Shown one piece after another: positions 50,349-63,937 of a stretch of 64,000 nucleotides of DNA. The position numbers were made by a program, and so were the translations under genes. The DNA comes from Catajapyx aquilonaris (taxonomy: Eukaryota). The stretch is taken from contig KZ538113.1 in the NCBI GenBank assembly GCA_000934665.2, positions 1-64,000 on the forward strand, given 5' to 3'. The notes beneath the pieces are model-generated. The model was not told where the DNA came from. It did not search any database and saw nothing but the letters and a program-made list of their open reading frames with translations. Numbering within the stretch: position 1 is the stretch's first letter; the number at the start of each line of letters is the position of its first letter.

Positions 50349-51830
50349 TCCATTGGCATACACTGTAAACCGGAAAAATATATTAAAAGAGCATCATTGG
50401 TGAGTCTTTAATGCTCTTGCGATGCTTTGTGGCTCAACAAAAAACAAAGCACCAAAAACTTGTAATGTTTTTCGGTTTACAGTTTAGATGTTAGCAATTG
50501 ATAAGCTGTTCCAAAGCACGAGAAGAAAATGCAAGGTTGGTTGCCTAGAATCAGGATAACAGTCATGCCTGTCCTACATTTCGCAACCATTTCGCTAAAA
50601 TTTTCAGTTGTACAGTACCACACATCTCCAGCAGCTGATAAAATAATAAGAAAATACACCGCACACTTTAGCTAACTTTTGTCTTTACAAAGAAGCAGAC
50701 TGTGCTTTCATGAATATTTCCCGCACACCCTTTTGTTCACACGAAGTTAGGAATAGACAATTAAATTTTCAATTTAGCATCGTACACTGTAACCAGTCCT
50801 GGGTACACCCATTTTTTGTGAAAACTTGCGCATAAACAAGCCGCAATTTAAACCCGGAGCCGACTATACCGACAACAAAAGCGGCTCCCGTAACAACACC
50901 CCCCCACATTTATGTAATTGATAATGTCAACGTGTGCTGAATGTGCAGCGCCAAATGTCATCAGCCTAATTCACACCCCTCTAACTAGTGCTTGCTCTTC
51001 TTGGATGTTATTTTTCGTCACTAATGGTGGCCCCACGCTGCAATCGACCAGGTGAAAAAAAAAGAGATGCTGCTGGACCACTCCGCCAGCAAATGTCATG
51101 GCCGATTTTTTTTTAGTCAGCAAGTTTCTCTCCCAGGCCGACTTTCTTCGTCGGAGTGTCGCTCGGTACATATCGAAATTCCGATCATGTGTGCCCCAGC
51201 ACCGTGTGGATATCGCCAAATTGGGAGGACCCCTGCAGCACTGTGGGCGTCACTCGTGCGCTTCCACAAAAAAAAAAAAAAAAAACGACGTCGATATCCT
51301 AGCCAGTGAGATATATTCGCAAGAATGCTATGTGAGGAGAGAATAAAAGCGCCAATTTTCCGCTCCTTATCACTGACGTTACTACCGTAAACCAGATTTT
51401 CAGCCTCATTTCTATCACAATCTCCAGGAAAAACTGACGTTCAATTTCTCCTTCGTGTCTGTCCAACTCCGCCATTTTTTTTTTGTGTGTGTGTGGCACT
51501 GGAAGATTGGAACGTCAACCGACAAATCAGCGGAAAAGTGCACGAAAATGAAGCGCTCCAACAATAGGATATCAAATTAATATACAGGCGCCGACCGCCA
51601 CGCTCCATTTGTAACAGGTGCGTGTCAATGATAATAGTGCAGGAAATGTTGATATAGCTATACGGCGAAAATAATGGAGCTTTCCAAAGACAAGGACAGT
51701 CAAATAAATGTACTGAGATGCAATAAATTCAAAAATTGTGATGCAGTTCAAACAGTTTGAGTAATAAATGTACACAAAGTCTGCCATTTTGACACTTTCT
51801 GAAAGACACAATTTTGGCCAACACATTTTG

Positions 51831-51867
<37 letters not shown>

Positions 51868-53425
51868 AAAACGCAAACTTCTCATAACAATCCTGCCCGA
51901 AAGGTATCAAAGTAATGTCAATTTCTCTCCTCTTCATCATTGCTTCTGACCAACTGCTACTAGACAACGCATCTGTCGTGTCTCCATCTGTGTGACCTCA
52001 TAAGCCATCCATCACACTTTTCCTATACTGTGTCAGGCTGTTGCATCAGCCCAATATGACATCAGCTCCTTGCTGTTACGTCCACACACAAAAAAATGAA
52101 TCAGCTTTTGTACACATCCATCACATAAGCTTCTGGGGCAATACAATTTTATCCAATGACTCCCCCATCTGATCCCGCCAGTATTAAATTCGTGCAACAG
52201 CTCGACTCTATAAGCTTTTTTTTACGTCCTTATAATCCTCTTAAAAATATTGAGGTCGTCGACCGCCCCCCCCCCCCCCCCANCCCCCCCCAATATAGAA
52301 ACGACAACATGCGTGTGTACCCTTTTTCTATTCTCCTCGCAAAGATCTATCCGCAAGACCAGGTCCGCTTGCTGCGATCCTATTTTCCTCCATGAAAGGG
52401 AAGTCTCTTGCGTTAAAAAATTCAGCGGATCTCCCAGCCGCACAGCTGCTATATATAGGAGAAGATCGCCCTGGAAAAGCAGCCTCTCTATTCTGTCTTT
52501 TGAGACCGATGGAGCAAGACGTGCGCCGGGAGGCAAATTCAAGATGAAGGGACCAAGGAAGCCACGGAAGAAAAAAAAAAAGTCCGCAAAATTTTTGTAC
52601 CCGATACAAGCAGGACCTGCGTGTGAGGCATACTCCTTGCATTATACAGGGTGTTGCAAAAAAAATGCCGACACCGGATGTACAGTTTGCAAAAGTCTCC
52701 ATCGATATGACAGAACACAGGGCTCCACTTTGAGCTGTCTAGACTGGAATCAATGAGAGAATATTGCAGTCGGCTGGGTCAAAGTTTGCCGTCTGTCAAA
52801 ATGCCGGCTGCAAACACTGGCAGAATCATTACGCTCGACTATTTCGGACTATTTCGTTACAACCCAGCAGCACAGCGCTATTTCCGGGACAACTATTTTG
52901 GCAAGTGTTTCCTCTGAGTGAAAAGCACTGGCTTTCTACACCGAGCACAATTTGCACAACAAACCTAAACGATTCATCTTGCTCGAGAAATCCTCTTTTT
53001 TATATAGAGATTCCCTTTCCCTCTCTCAGGCTTTTCTAATCGATTCCGTTGCAAAAACAACATGCAATTCAATATCTGCGCCCCCACCCCCCCAACCCAA
53101 CATCCTATCCCACCCTCTATACCCGCCCACAACCTTCTATTTTTTCCCACATATATATGCTAGATTTGTGCGGTCGAGTTTCGGTTAGTATACCCCCCGC
53201 AGGAAAGAGTATACAGTCGCTCCGATTCTATATCAAATAACAAGGTGTACCAAAAAAAGAGTTGGCTAAATTCGCAACAGATGTAGGAAACATTTTTACA
53301 GCACTTAGTTAGTCACATTATTTGTCGATGGATACACTTAAACTAACTGAAACTAACTAATATATTCTTATATATGCACACGGCTCGTAGACTGAATAGG
53401 AATCTATTAAATTACTAGCACGGGT

Positions 53426-53971
53426 ATTGTGCTGAATACAGTCCAATTGAAGGATTTGACCTGGCCAAAATTACTGTGTCTACAGTATATCAAAGGCAAA
53501 GTTTGTGTGTTTGTCCCCATTATACCCATTTTATTCGCATTTAATACCAATGTTATACCATTTCAATTACAGTATATGAAATTTCGCATATTAAATTTAT
53601 TAATTAAATGATAAAATTTCATATCTGAAATGAGTATAAAATAGGTACGGTATACAGGGTGGTCCAAGTTCAAGTGTCGTTTTATAACGGCGATTAATAG
53701 CAGTGATTTTGCGATGACGTAGCAGCGACGCGTAAAATGTCCCACGTCGGCGCATCTTCGGCGCAATCGAAGTGGGCAATATTACACGTCGCTGCTACGT
53801 CATCGTTAAGCGCTTCTATTAATCGCCGTTATAAAACGACACTTGAACTTGGACCACCCTGTATAATGTGAACAAACAAACTTTGCATTTTACTCGTATA
53901 TACATGTAGGAAATATTTTTTCCGCTATGATTTTTGGTCGGATCTTTTCATTGGACTGTATTCAGCACAAT
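53426..53971. mobile_element. Older inverted-repeat element hosting a younger MITE
   Basis: attgtgctgaatacagtccaat...attggactgtattcagcacaat termini, plus an inner inverted match gcaaagtttg / caaactttgc. Confidence 0.65.
53655..53861. mobile_element. Palindromic mariner-like MITE
   Basis: TA|CAGGGTGGTCCAAGTTCAAGTGTCGTTTTATAACGGCGATTAATAG and its exact reverse complement ending CACCCTG|TA. Confidence 0.9.
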
Positions 53972-54402
53972 TTGCAGACTGTGCCAAGTTCTTTGAAATT
54001 TGCTAACCGACTTACACAAAATAGTTGCCTTTCGGGAATTAACTTTCTGTAAGCTGAACTGTAGGAAGCTACTTGGGCCAATTAGTGTGTCTCGAAAACA
54101 AACAAAACTTCTGTGTCATCTCTCACCCCTAAAGAGGTCACGAGCTTTTCGGTACACTGTGTTATGATGCGGGATGAAAAATGGTCTGATTGGTGGGTTG
54201 TCAGCACTAATGGATCCTGCGGATTACCAAAGTCCCCAGACCGAATGCGGGCCTCCAAAAAAAAAAAATGGCAAAAGGGGATTAAAACTAGTGATGTTTT
54301 TGTGCGGTTTTGGCTTGATGCTGGCCATGCTGGGTGAGATGGAATGTCCTCAGGGTAGAGAGGGCTAAATCCGACATTTTTGGGGCCCTCGACATGACTT
54401 AC

Positions 54403-54526
54403 CACCACCGGGCAAGGCAGATTCTTCCGCTGGTTGCTGGCCAGGTTGCGTGGGTTCGTTGATTCCGGTGCTGCAGTGCCGGGTGCACCAGCGCCAACTC
54501 CGTGCGTTTCGGACGGAACATGCCTG
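54403..54526 (-). CDS. MCU: MCU coding exon (second exon; end of the mitochondrial presequence region), (Q)ACSVRNARSWRWCTRHCSTGINEPTQPGQQPAEESALPGG
   Basis: Not in the ORF track. Pyrimidine-rich tandem acceptor tttattcag/cag (start 54526 or 54523), open frame, consensus donor G|GTAAGT at 54402. It ends in phase 1, matching the phase-1 acceptor at 22412 (G+AA = Glu). The Arg-rich, acid-free start followed by R-H-C-S-T resembles a presequence cleavage region and the YCST segment of human MCU. Confidence 0.75.
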
Positions 54527-54597
54527 CTGAATAAACGGAAATGGATTATGTAGATGTAGACCAGAGGATTACAGCATACACGTGCTCTAGGTAGCTA

Positions 54598-54850
54598 AGA
54601 TGAATTTTTACGAGCGCAATCGAGTGCGCACCACAGTTTGCGCAGCTTGCACGGTTGGCATTATCAATGAGACCAGGTAAGATCACTGTAGAGTGGGTGA
54701 ACTTATTTCCAACGCTAGGCTTGTTGCCAAGGCTCTGGAACAAACCTCAAAAGTTACGGGTTCCTGGAGAGTAGCTCTGGCAACGTTGTTGTCACAGCAA
54801 AGCTGCGCGATATGGGTGCGCACTCGGTTGAGCTAGTGAAAAATTCATCT
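54598..54850. mobile_element. Diverged inverted-repeat element just upstream of the MCU exon-2 acceptor
   Basis: agatgaatttttacgagcgcaatcgagtgcgcacc versus ggtgcgcactcggttgagctagtgaaaaattcatct. Confidence 0.7.
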
Positions 54851-54970
54851 ATAGTAGTGAAAAGCTGGCAAAACTGCCCATCCCTCCGACTGTCCACGTA
54901 ATATCATACTTATCACATAGATGGCGCTCTCTGTACAACTCCCACTCTCAGGATCATGTGGAAAGTGGTA

Positions 54971-55132
54971 CAGTACTGGCCAATAATCGAGGCAACGACT
55001 AGCGACATTTTCCCGAAGCGGCAGAAGAAGGAATCTTGCTCGCCCGGCTTGTGGCATGCTTATCTTCGATTCCTTCTTCTGCCGCTTCGGGAAAATGTCG
55101 CTAGTCGTTGCCTCGATTATTGGCCAGTACTG
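54971..55132. mobile_element. Tc1-like palindromic MITE with perfect 65-bp arms
   Basis: TA|CAGTACTGGCCAATAAT...ATTATTGGCCAGTACTG|TA; terminus resembles Tc1 (CAGTGCTGGCCAA). Confidence 0.9.
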
Positions 55133-56083
55133 TACTACATGCACCTGGCTGATGACTCACCGCGGACAAACTTCATGGCCTTTTCCACTAATTTTTTCAC
55201 ATAAAATCCTCCTTTGTTAACAAGCAATTTATGAAAAGCCAGCTCTCTCTGATGTGGTGCTGAACTCTTGTGAGTGGCAACATCATCATAATCCCTAATG
55301 CAAAACCGTGACTATCTCAGGCTTTTCCCTGTTAATTCGCAAGCCCCATCCAAAGTGCCAAAGTGCCTCACAGTAACCGGCTACTGCGAGTACATTTGTG
55401 CATCGATTAAATGTCCACATGAGTTTTACGACCGGTCCCTTCCATCACAGGGTCACCACCGGGAGGGTTAATCTTGGCGAATCCCGCAAATGTGCCCTAA
55501 AGTTCGTATTGAGAAATTCCAGGTTAGAAGTCGAATTTATCACCCACGACTTGGAAGGAATGCCAAAGGAAAAGGGACCACCGACCCATTGGGTGTGTGG
55601 TGGAGAGTTTGGGGTTCGGCCAAAATTCCAAACCGATAACCAAGGTCCATTCATCACGGATTCAGCCAGGAGAAAAGAGACTCTTTGGAAAGCGGTAAAA
55701 AATGGCGACATCGGAACCCATTTACAAACAATGTGTGTCTGGGTCAGGCCAGCAAAGCCGGTCGGACCCATTGAAAAGCTCGCCAACTGACCAGGAGCAA
55801 CCACCGAGTTTGTCCACACTCCGCGGTTACTCCACAGGGTGTTCCGTAATGATCCACACTTCTATAGGGTGAATCCTGAGCCCCAGAAATGTACGGGTTG
55901 TTCCAGAAATAATTTGACTTTTCAAACGTAAGACAAAATATCCTGAGAGATATGCACCCCTCCACACGACCTGCCACTTTCATTTTTCTTTAAAAAAGTA
56001 AGTTAATTAAAAATAATGTAATTAAGTGTGTCAGTCACTCATCAAGTGGTGGAAGTGTCTTAGGCTGTATCCGCAACATAATA

Positions 56084-56528
56084 CAGTTGAACCCTGATAT
56101 TACAGACTTCAAGACAGCGGAAAAAGTCTGTTATAGCCAAATCGTCACTTTTGCAACTAATACACGAAGGTTTCTGCTTTCCATATGCCTGTAATGTACT
56201 GTACTACACTATTACAAACTGATTAATGAAATCTCTCAAAAATGGAATACTGTATTAGCTCACCCGAAAATTATGCAGGATAAAAAAAAATCCGAAATTT
56301 TCTTCTGCCGTCTCCTTCTTTGCCAATACATTTAATACCAGAAAAGTCATATTTTCTCACCTAGGGGCCAAAAAAATGGTCTGTTATACCCGAGGTGATG
56401 TGAAAATGAGTCTGTTATATCAGGAGTAAAGATACACAGGGCCTTAAATAGTTAAATGGACCGGCCTTTCGAGTCTGTCATAACGGAAAGTCTGTCATAG
56501 CGGAGGCTGTTATATCCGAATTCAACTG
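56084..56528. mobile_element. pogo/Tigger-like MITE
   Basis: TA|CAGTTGAACCCTGATATTACAG...CTGTTATATCCGAATTCAACTG|TA, with repeated subterminal tctgttata motifs. Confidence 0.75.
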
Positions 56529-57873
56529 TAGAATAATGCAGTTCTAACCACTGTTAAATGTATGTAATTCTGCCTTTCGTGTACAGAATTGGCCGATTAA
56601 AAATTACAAATTCGAACTCATGCCTATTAATAAATAATTGATTTAAAAAGTGGAAGGAATATGTCACTATGAATTTTTCCATTCTATAGCAAGAAATTAC
56701 AATATTCCAAGTGAGCATTTTTCTCATGTAAAATGTATAGGCAAACCCCACTTTAATACCGGCTTTGCAGCCACCACAGATGTTAATTTGTCCAAATCAT
56801 CCCCCGTTTTTACCCGCAACATCCGGAATAACACGGTATCAAAAACATGATAGGAGTAATCCGTAAATTGCTTGTCCATCCCAATTTGAACTGCCAGCTT
56901 CCATCACATTCAACTTCCCCAGTTCAGGCCTGATCTAGATCAAAACGGAAATTCGCTATCACAGCATGTTACCTGCACCAAAAAGCCCTTCACAATACAC
57001 CCCCGATAGAGCTTTATAAAAAACTTGACGTTCCTGTATATGGCACCCGAGTTATAGCCGTATGAGACACCCCCCCCCCCCCCAACCTGCTGGTCTCCCA
57101 TGAGAGAAACTGGGGAGGTCCCACCTCTCCTGGTGCTATTCATGATAAATGACCCCAAGATGGCTGCAATGAATTGGTCCCAAAGGGCCCCCGCCACGGA
57201 AGTCGACCGGTACAAAAACACCCCGGGTCCACCCCCGCAATAATCGAGGAGGCGTGTCCCCTTTTTCCTGTATTTTTGGTTCCGAGAGTGACACCCGGTC
57301 TGAGGGGCCATAAATAACTGGTCACAAGACACGAATTACTTGGACCACGGCCTGGTTCTGATGTGAGCTAACGTTATTATCATGTAGCAGCTTGCAGCTG
57401 GGCAAACCAAGGTTGCCCGGAAGAGGATTGCAAATTTATGCAGATTTTGCTTCCTAAATGTATGGAAATTTTGGGGGGCTGTCAAAGTCGGAAGTTTCGC
57501 TTTTGGGCTTGGATGACAGCGGGTGGAAAAAAAATTGAATTTGAATCGCAGCAAAATGACAACATCGGGAAACCTAATCGGAAATGTCAAAAAGTGATGG
57601 TGAAGTCTGCTGGGGGATTACACTGTATACACATGGTACCATGGGTTGTATCATATCGTATCCACTTCACTAATTCTGAAGAAAATTCGTACTGAACAGG
57701 TCATTCAAATTGTTCCTCTTATTTATACGTATATGTGCATTGCGTATATTTAACCTAACCTATATTGCACATGCGTAACAAATAATTAGTTTCGAGGAGG
57801 TATTTATTGCACATTAATTTTATGCGCTAAAAGCCGCGGTATATTCACAGCAGGGCGAATTACATTATGGTCA

Positions 57874-57875
<2 letters not shown>

Positions 57876-57941
<66 letters not shown>
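57876..57941. repeat. (CT)n microsatellite
   Basis: Pure CT run of about 65 bp; shorter runs at ~51833 and ~49879. Confidence 0.95.
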
Positions 57942-57944
<3 letters not shown>

Positions 57945-60900
57945 CACCATCCCCCCATTTGCATTTTTCAGGTAATCAAATAATGAAAATGGAGCGACCC
58001 AAATGAACTGCACTCAATAAACTATTTTAATTATAGTTATTCATGGGGATGACCGGCGGCGGCCACCCAATCGTTATGTGCAAATATTTACACTCTTCAT
58101 CTGCGTGCTGTGTTTTCTATTATTTCCCTCGCCATCGCCATTCACTCTGGCATTCAGCAAATTCTCTGTTGCCCAAGACATTTTTGCACAAAAGGTTTAC
58201 TTCGCAGTATAATTTGAACTAATACACAAATTAAAATACAACGTTGCCAATAGGCATGAAGTTCAAAAAGTGACATCAAGTAAATATTTTTTTAAAGATT
58301 AACAAGATTCAAACAATTATGCTGATAAATTGTAACGTCTACTTATTTAACCAGCTGAATAGGAATATACACATCCCACGTAACGACGACAATCAATGTT
58401 ACATATTTACGCGTTTGTGTTTGCAAGGTTGTCATTAATTATTTATAATTATTACATTCGAATGTCGCACATTAATTATGTCATTTGTTTGGACTCGCAT
58501 GTCATTTTCCATTGCTGACTACCCATTTTACAGGAAGCAAATTATTTACAGCAAAATTAAGTGTCGCAATATCTCATTTTATGACGTCATCGCCCAAATT
58601 TAAACTTGCCCACTGTAAGATAGTCAGCAACATGTGCTTTCAAGCCCATTCCACAGTAGTTTTATCCAGCCGCTTGTTCCTTTTCCCAGAGCCTGCTAAA
58701 TACCAACCAAACACAGCAGCACCTCCGCAGTGCGCAATTTGCTCCCGTCCTCCCCAAAAAGCTGCACCAAATTGGCCAATTTCTCACCTTGGGAGCTCCC
58801 ATAATGTGTTAAAGTAAGGGTGGTAGGAAGTATAGTAGTATAGTAGTAGGTTGTGGGTAAGGGCGTACCATGGTCGGAAATTAGACCCGAATTAATCTAC
58901 AAATAGATTTATTGTGAGCGTGGGGATCAGGAAAGGCGCAGGAAGAATGGTGACCCCCAATGGAGGATTAAATCGCCGCACGTGGTCTGTACAACCATGG
59001 GGGTCGTCCTGTGATATATCTCGACAGGATGAGCCCACCAGCGTTTTGCAAAAGGTTCATTTTAAACGGTTGCTCGGGACTTACAGGGCACCCACTTTTT
59101 ACAGAGGAAAAAAAAAAAGTCACCTGTGTTACGAGCTTCGGCTACATTTAGGTTGGAATGGGAACAAAACATTGCAGTGGATCACAGCGCAAAAAAATAG
59201 GTTAGATCGCTAAATCATGGCAATCAGCTTATTGTGATACGTATCTGAGTTGGTCAGCGGAGTAAGCGGATAACATTACGCCGATTGCTGTAATCTGGTT
59301 GTAATTGTAGTACTGCACGTACGCGAGATTAGTATGTAGTGGTGTTGCTGTAAATGGCGTTTTTGGCTTTTTTTTCCAGCGGTAACGTTCCCTGCGTGTT
59401 CACCCATAGAATGTTGCAACCGTACAATTTTGGCCTATTAAGCTTAAGTGATATATTTTCACACTTTGAGCTGTGCGAAAGCCCCACAGTTCAAGAGGCA
59501 GATAAGGATTGGTTTCCCCTACACACGAACCAGTTGAAATGTTCAACAATCAGGTCACAATTACTTAACAATCTTGGGATATAGGGAGTTGAATTATTTC
59601 CATTGCTAATTTATTCCTGGCATAAAAGTTGAGCCAAATACGCTCGTACTTTCTTAAAATTCTAAAGAAGTTTTTTTTTTTTAAGTTCAAAGTAACCGTG
59701 TTCGTTTCTTTAGCTGCAGGACTCCTTTCCCACTGAACTTTTTTGCCAAGATGGGGGTCTAATCAGCACGGAACCATGAATCGTTCAAAGAGTCGCAGGT
59801 GGGGGGGCCTACTGCACAGTTAATTTAACATTACTAATTTTTCCCCCTTAAAACTTTCCGGACTATCGATTTAAGCTTAGTGCACAATCTATGAAGTATC
59901 AGATTTTTTAAAATCTTCCACCACGTATCTACTATTTTACATAAAAATAAATACATCCACCGATCCGCCCGCGGACAGAAATGTACTCAGCGCATTCATG
60001 TATCCTCCACAGAGAATACATAGTCCCACAACTTATTTTCCCTCCAACCTTGGTCCAATTTATATGCAAATTTCAAGGCATTACAACCCTCATGACGTCG
60101 CAAATGCATATGTATAAAAATCCTCCATCCTGCCCGCCAAAACTCCGGATGCATTTTCGCATAATCCGACAGAGAGCTTTGAATTCCAACAAACCCGTAT
60201 AGCACAGTACATTACGCTTTTGCTTTGTACATTTTTTTTGGAGGAGGGGGGGGGGCGTATAGTCTCCATTCTCCGCCAATTCACGTGACAATTTCCGACC
60301 AGCTTTTTGCGAGAATGCAACAGAAGTGTAATCAATGCGTCATATCGATTGCAGTCAAATGCAATTCTAAGGCTCCCAGCCACTTTCCAAAGTGAGACAA
60401 GACCTCGAAATGGGCCTCGGGTTCTTCTCTTTTGAAGCTCAACCCCTCCAAATTGTTCCCTCGAAAGTTGAGGCGGCACCCTCCAAGTGCCTCTTTCTTC
60501 CTCTACAACCCACCAAAGGTCGAGCCCCAATCTCGGGCTGTCCAACAACTGCTTACTCTGCTTAATAAAGCACTACCGGCGGTATACTCCTGGAGAGAAC
60601 TTGATCTTGGCTTTCCAATCTGCATTCTAGTTTCCTGCTGGAGGGAAGTGTGTCGCAAAGTCACGGAACGTTACCTTCTACTCGAGTTTAAATGGGACTG
60701 GTGGCGATTAATTAAACTTTCCTGGAGCTGATCCCTTCTTAACATCACCTATTACGTCCAGGCCTCACGCAGGATGATGAAAAAAAATAGTCGTCATTCC
60801 GCATTCCCAGTGTAAAGCAGCTCCCCCGGATTTATTCGGTGCATAATTTCCCGGGGTAAAGGATTGCGGACTTTTTCTCAGCCTGCTGTGAGATTTATGC

Positions 60901-63856
60901 ATGAAATATTTTTTTTTTGTAAACTTTTTGTGCAGCAAAGCGGGCGTTCCCTCGGTTAACTTCGGAATGCCTTTTAGCGAATTCCCCCCAAAAAATTTTA
61001 CTGTTGCAAAAAAAAAGGGAGGGGAGGGAGAAAGGAACAAACCATCAAGAATTCCATTTGGAATAATAATGTTCCGCCGGGCTATTCAGTTGAACTGCCC
61101 AAATTGCTACAGTATAACACATGTTAACAGGGATGTCAAATAACCATTCATACACGCCGCACGTTGCAAAGCTGGACTAATTAAGTAATTTATTTATGGC
61201 GCGGACATAAAATATCCAGTACCGTACGAGCTGACTAACGACCTGCACTTGGTAATTGCAACATAACGACGAAAAACTTTCATACAAATAATTTGAAGTT
61301 ATCAGTCTCTAGTCGGCTTTCATCCCACGACTAACGCCATATTGTACACTCTGCTATATTATTTAAATCTACTTAATTGTTATGTAACGCTGCCTATATC
61401 GCTCAAAAAGGTGGCGACAATTTTGTCTTGAAACCATATCTATGGCATCATCTTTTTGAACGATATAGTATTGTATACATGCGATTCTATCACTACTCAA
61501 CGATTTAGATAATGTCGTTCTGGCACACCAGTCCGACCCAATTATGAAACTCGACTAATCTCCAAGCCCATTTCCCAATCACAATCCTAAATTCCAATTA
61601 ATCCGAAAAAAAGAAGGCTGCTGACAATTTTATCTCCAATCCCGTCTATGTCCTAAAACGGGCCTCGATGCCTTGGCCGTTAGCCATTGATTCTACCAGA
61701 CGAGCCCTTTTCTACATTCTGCTTCACAGTTTCGAGTTCTCTCGCGGGGAACAAATGGAGCCTGAAACCTCAACCAAGATAAATGGAATGGTATCCAGCA
61801 ACAGTGTACGGTCAGAGTTAAAAAAAAAGAGAGAGGTCCGTTTCGGTTTGCGCCCAAACTGTTGACCATTGCAGAAGCAGGCTTTGTCTTTTTTTTCGCT
61901 GCAATTCGCTCAGGTATAAAACCCGACCATCACTTTGGCTGAGGCACACTTCGAAATCTATAATTCAGGATGTTACACTTCCTAGACATCCTGCAGGAAT
62001 GTGCCTGCTTGCTTTTGAATGAAACCAACAAAGCTACAGACATTAACATGAAGCATGATGCATTAACAATGGAGTCATTGTCAAGTGAAGCCCTCGATGC
62101 CAACAAGCTTAGGTTAATGCAGAAAAATAAGGCTCTGCATCGATAATTATAGGTTCATGTTCATTGTTTCACGCCAGGTGTACTAGACAAGATCTGACGT
62201 GACATGGTGTGTAAGGGGTCGCAAATGGAGTTCGTGTGTGCTAAATTGTTGATGACCTATTCACGAAGTTTCGCAGGTCTTCGTGATCGCAAAGGCAGAG
62301 TAAATACCTCGTTAGAGCACCGGGACTATTATACGCATATCGGTGTCGATCTAAAAGGGCAAGTGAACTAAGGACAATGACAAAAATAAGGCATAGCTTA
62401 AGCAGTACACTAGGACATAATTTTGTTATCAAACACTGCTCGGAAAAATTAGTGATGCTCATTCTACTATTTTTCTTGTATGCAGGTATATGTTGGGTGA
62501 AGAAAACATATATCTCTAAGTGCAGAGGGAATGATTGGAATTGTGTCGGCAGAAGCAAACACAATAAAATCCTGATCCCCCAAAAAAGCCTTACTCTCAA
62601 GCATGGATGGAGCTAAGATGCTGTTCAGTGTTTTTTTGCAAATCGGATTTATAGGGGTCAGTGGACCGTACAAACCCTTTTTGTGAGGTTCAGATTTGTT
62701 TCTAGTTCATTGGCGTTACACGTGAATGAACAGTGAGATGTTTTTAAGCCTCGGCATTGCACAATTGTCAACACTAATGTCGCAGAATGACAGTGTGGAT
62801 TATCAGTATTCGCTCAATGATCACGTCAGTGCCATGCGTTTGGAAATATTACTGGACACTGCACGAAGGTAATTCAGTTTCTGCGGCAGTGCATTGAGTT
62901 CCTATAATTCATATGGTGATATAACCTGCATAGGTACCTACAGTGCGCATAATTTTTTTTCCGATTCGCCAACAGAATGTTTATTTAACTGTCCAGTATA
63001 ATTATGTTGCTGTTTCAAACTATATATACACACTGCCATGATCATAAATCCTGTTTTGAATGTACTGTAGATTCCACAAGGGGCTGTCTTCCAAAACACA
63101 GTTTGGACCAAGTTCATGTGCAGTACATGTCCCTCTAAACCCCTCCCGGCATTCCCCAAACAAAAATTCCCACTACAGTTTTTTTAAAAAATCACATCGA
63201 CACCTCTAAAAGTTCCCAGCTAATTATACATTACACCACATCGTTAACAGTTCAACTGTCTGCACTGTTACATGCGCGTAAAATTCTTCTTCTTCCTAAT
63301 AAACCTAAACCTATTGTTAATGAGTTAAAAATCATATTATAAATATTTGACATTCAATGATCTACGCAATATCGCCAATATCGATTGCTAGTAATCGACT
63401 TGGAATATAGAATTATCTTTAGGACCACCCTGCGTGCCTAGCCAAATTCTCGCGAATAAAGCTCCCCTTGTTCGGGCACCACACTTGGCAAGCGGACTTT
63501 TCGAACTCCTCCGATGCATAAAGTATGAAAGTCAATATTTCCTCTCGGCAAATCCGATGCACGCCTCCTCTCATACCTCAGCTCAGCAGTGTTAGAACTC
63601 GACCAGGCGGAAGCCCCCCTTTTCACTGGAGGGTCGCATTGTTATGAGAATCGCCCACCTCGGCCTCTCAACAAACGAAGCCAGAAATACCGCGGGTTCC
63701 TACCCCGCAACGCACAGAGCGTTGTAATTCCACACTTTCATCAATAGTTTCGAAAAGCAGAACAGACTGCCATCGACCCAACCCTCCCAATTTTCCAGGC
63801 GAATATCAAGCCCGATTACCTGGGAGGCCTATCCCAACCCGAGCGTGTAGATTCTA

Positions 63857-63937
63857 CAGGGTGATCCGTATGAGAGAACAACACTGTATCTTGCAAGAGC
63901 GAAATAAACAGTGTTTCTTCCTGGTTGAACCACCCTG
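63857..63937. mobile_element. Short mariner-like relic (CAGGGTG...CACCCTG); a similar one lies at ~25207-25293
   Basis: ta-cagggtgatcc...gaaccaccctg-ta. Confidence 0.55.
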
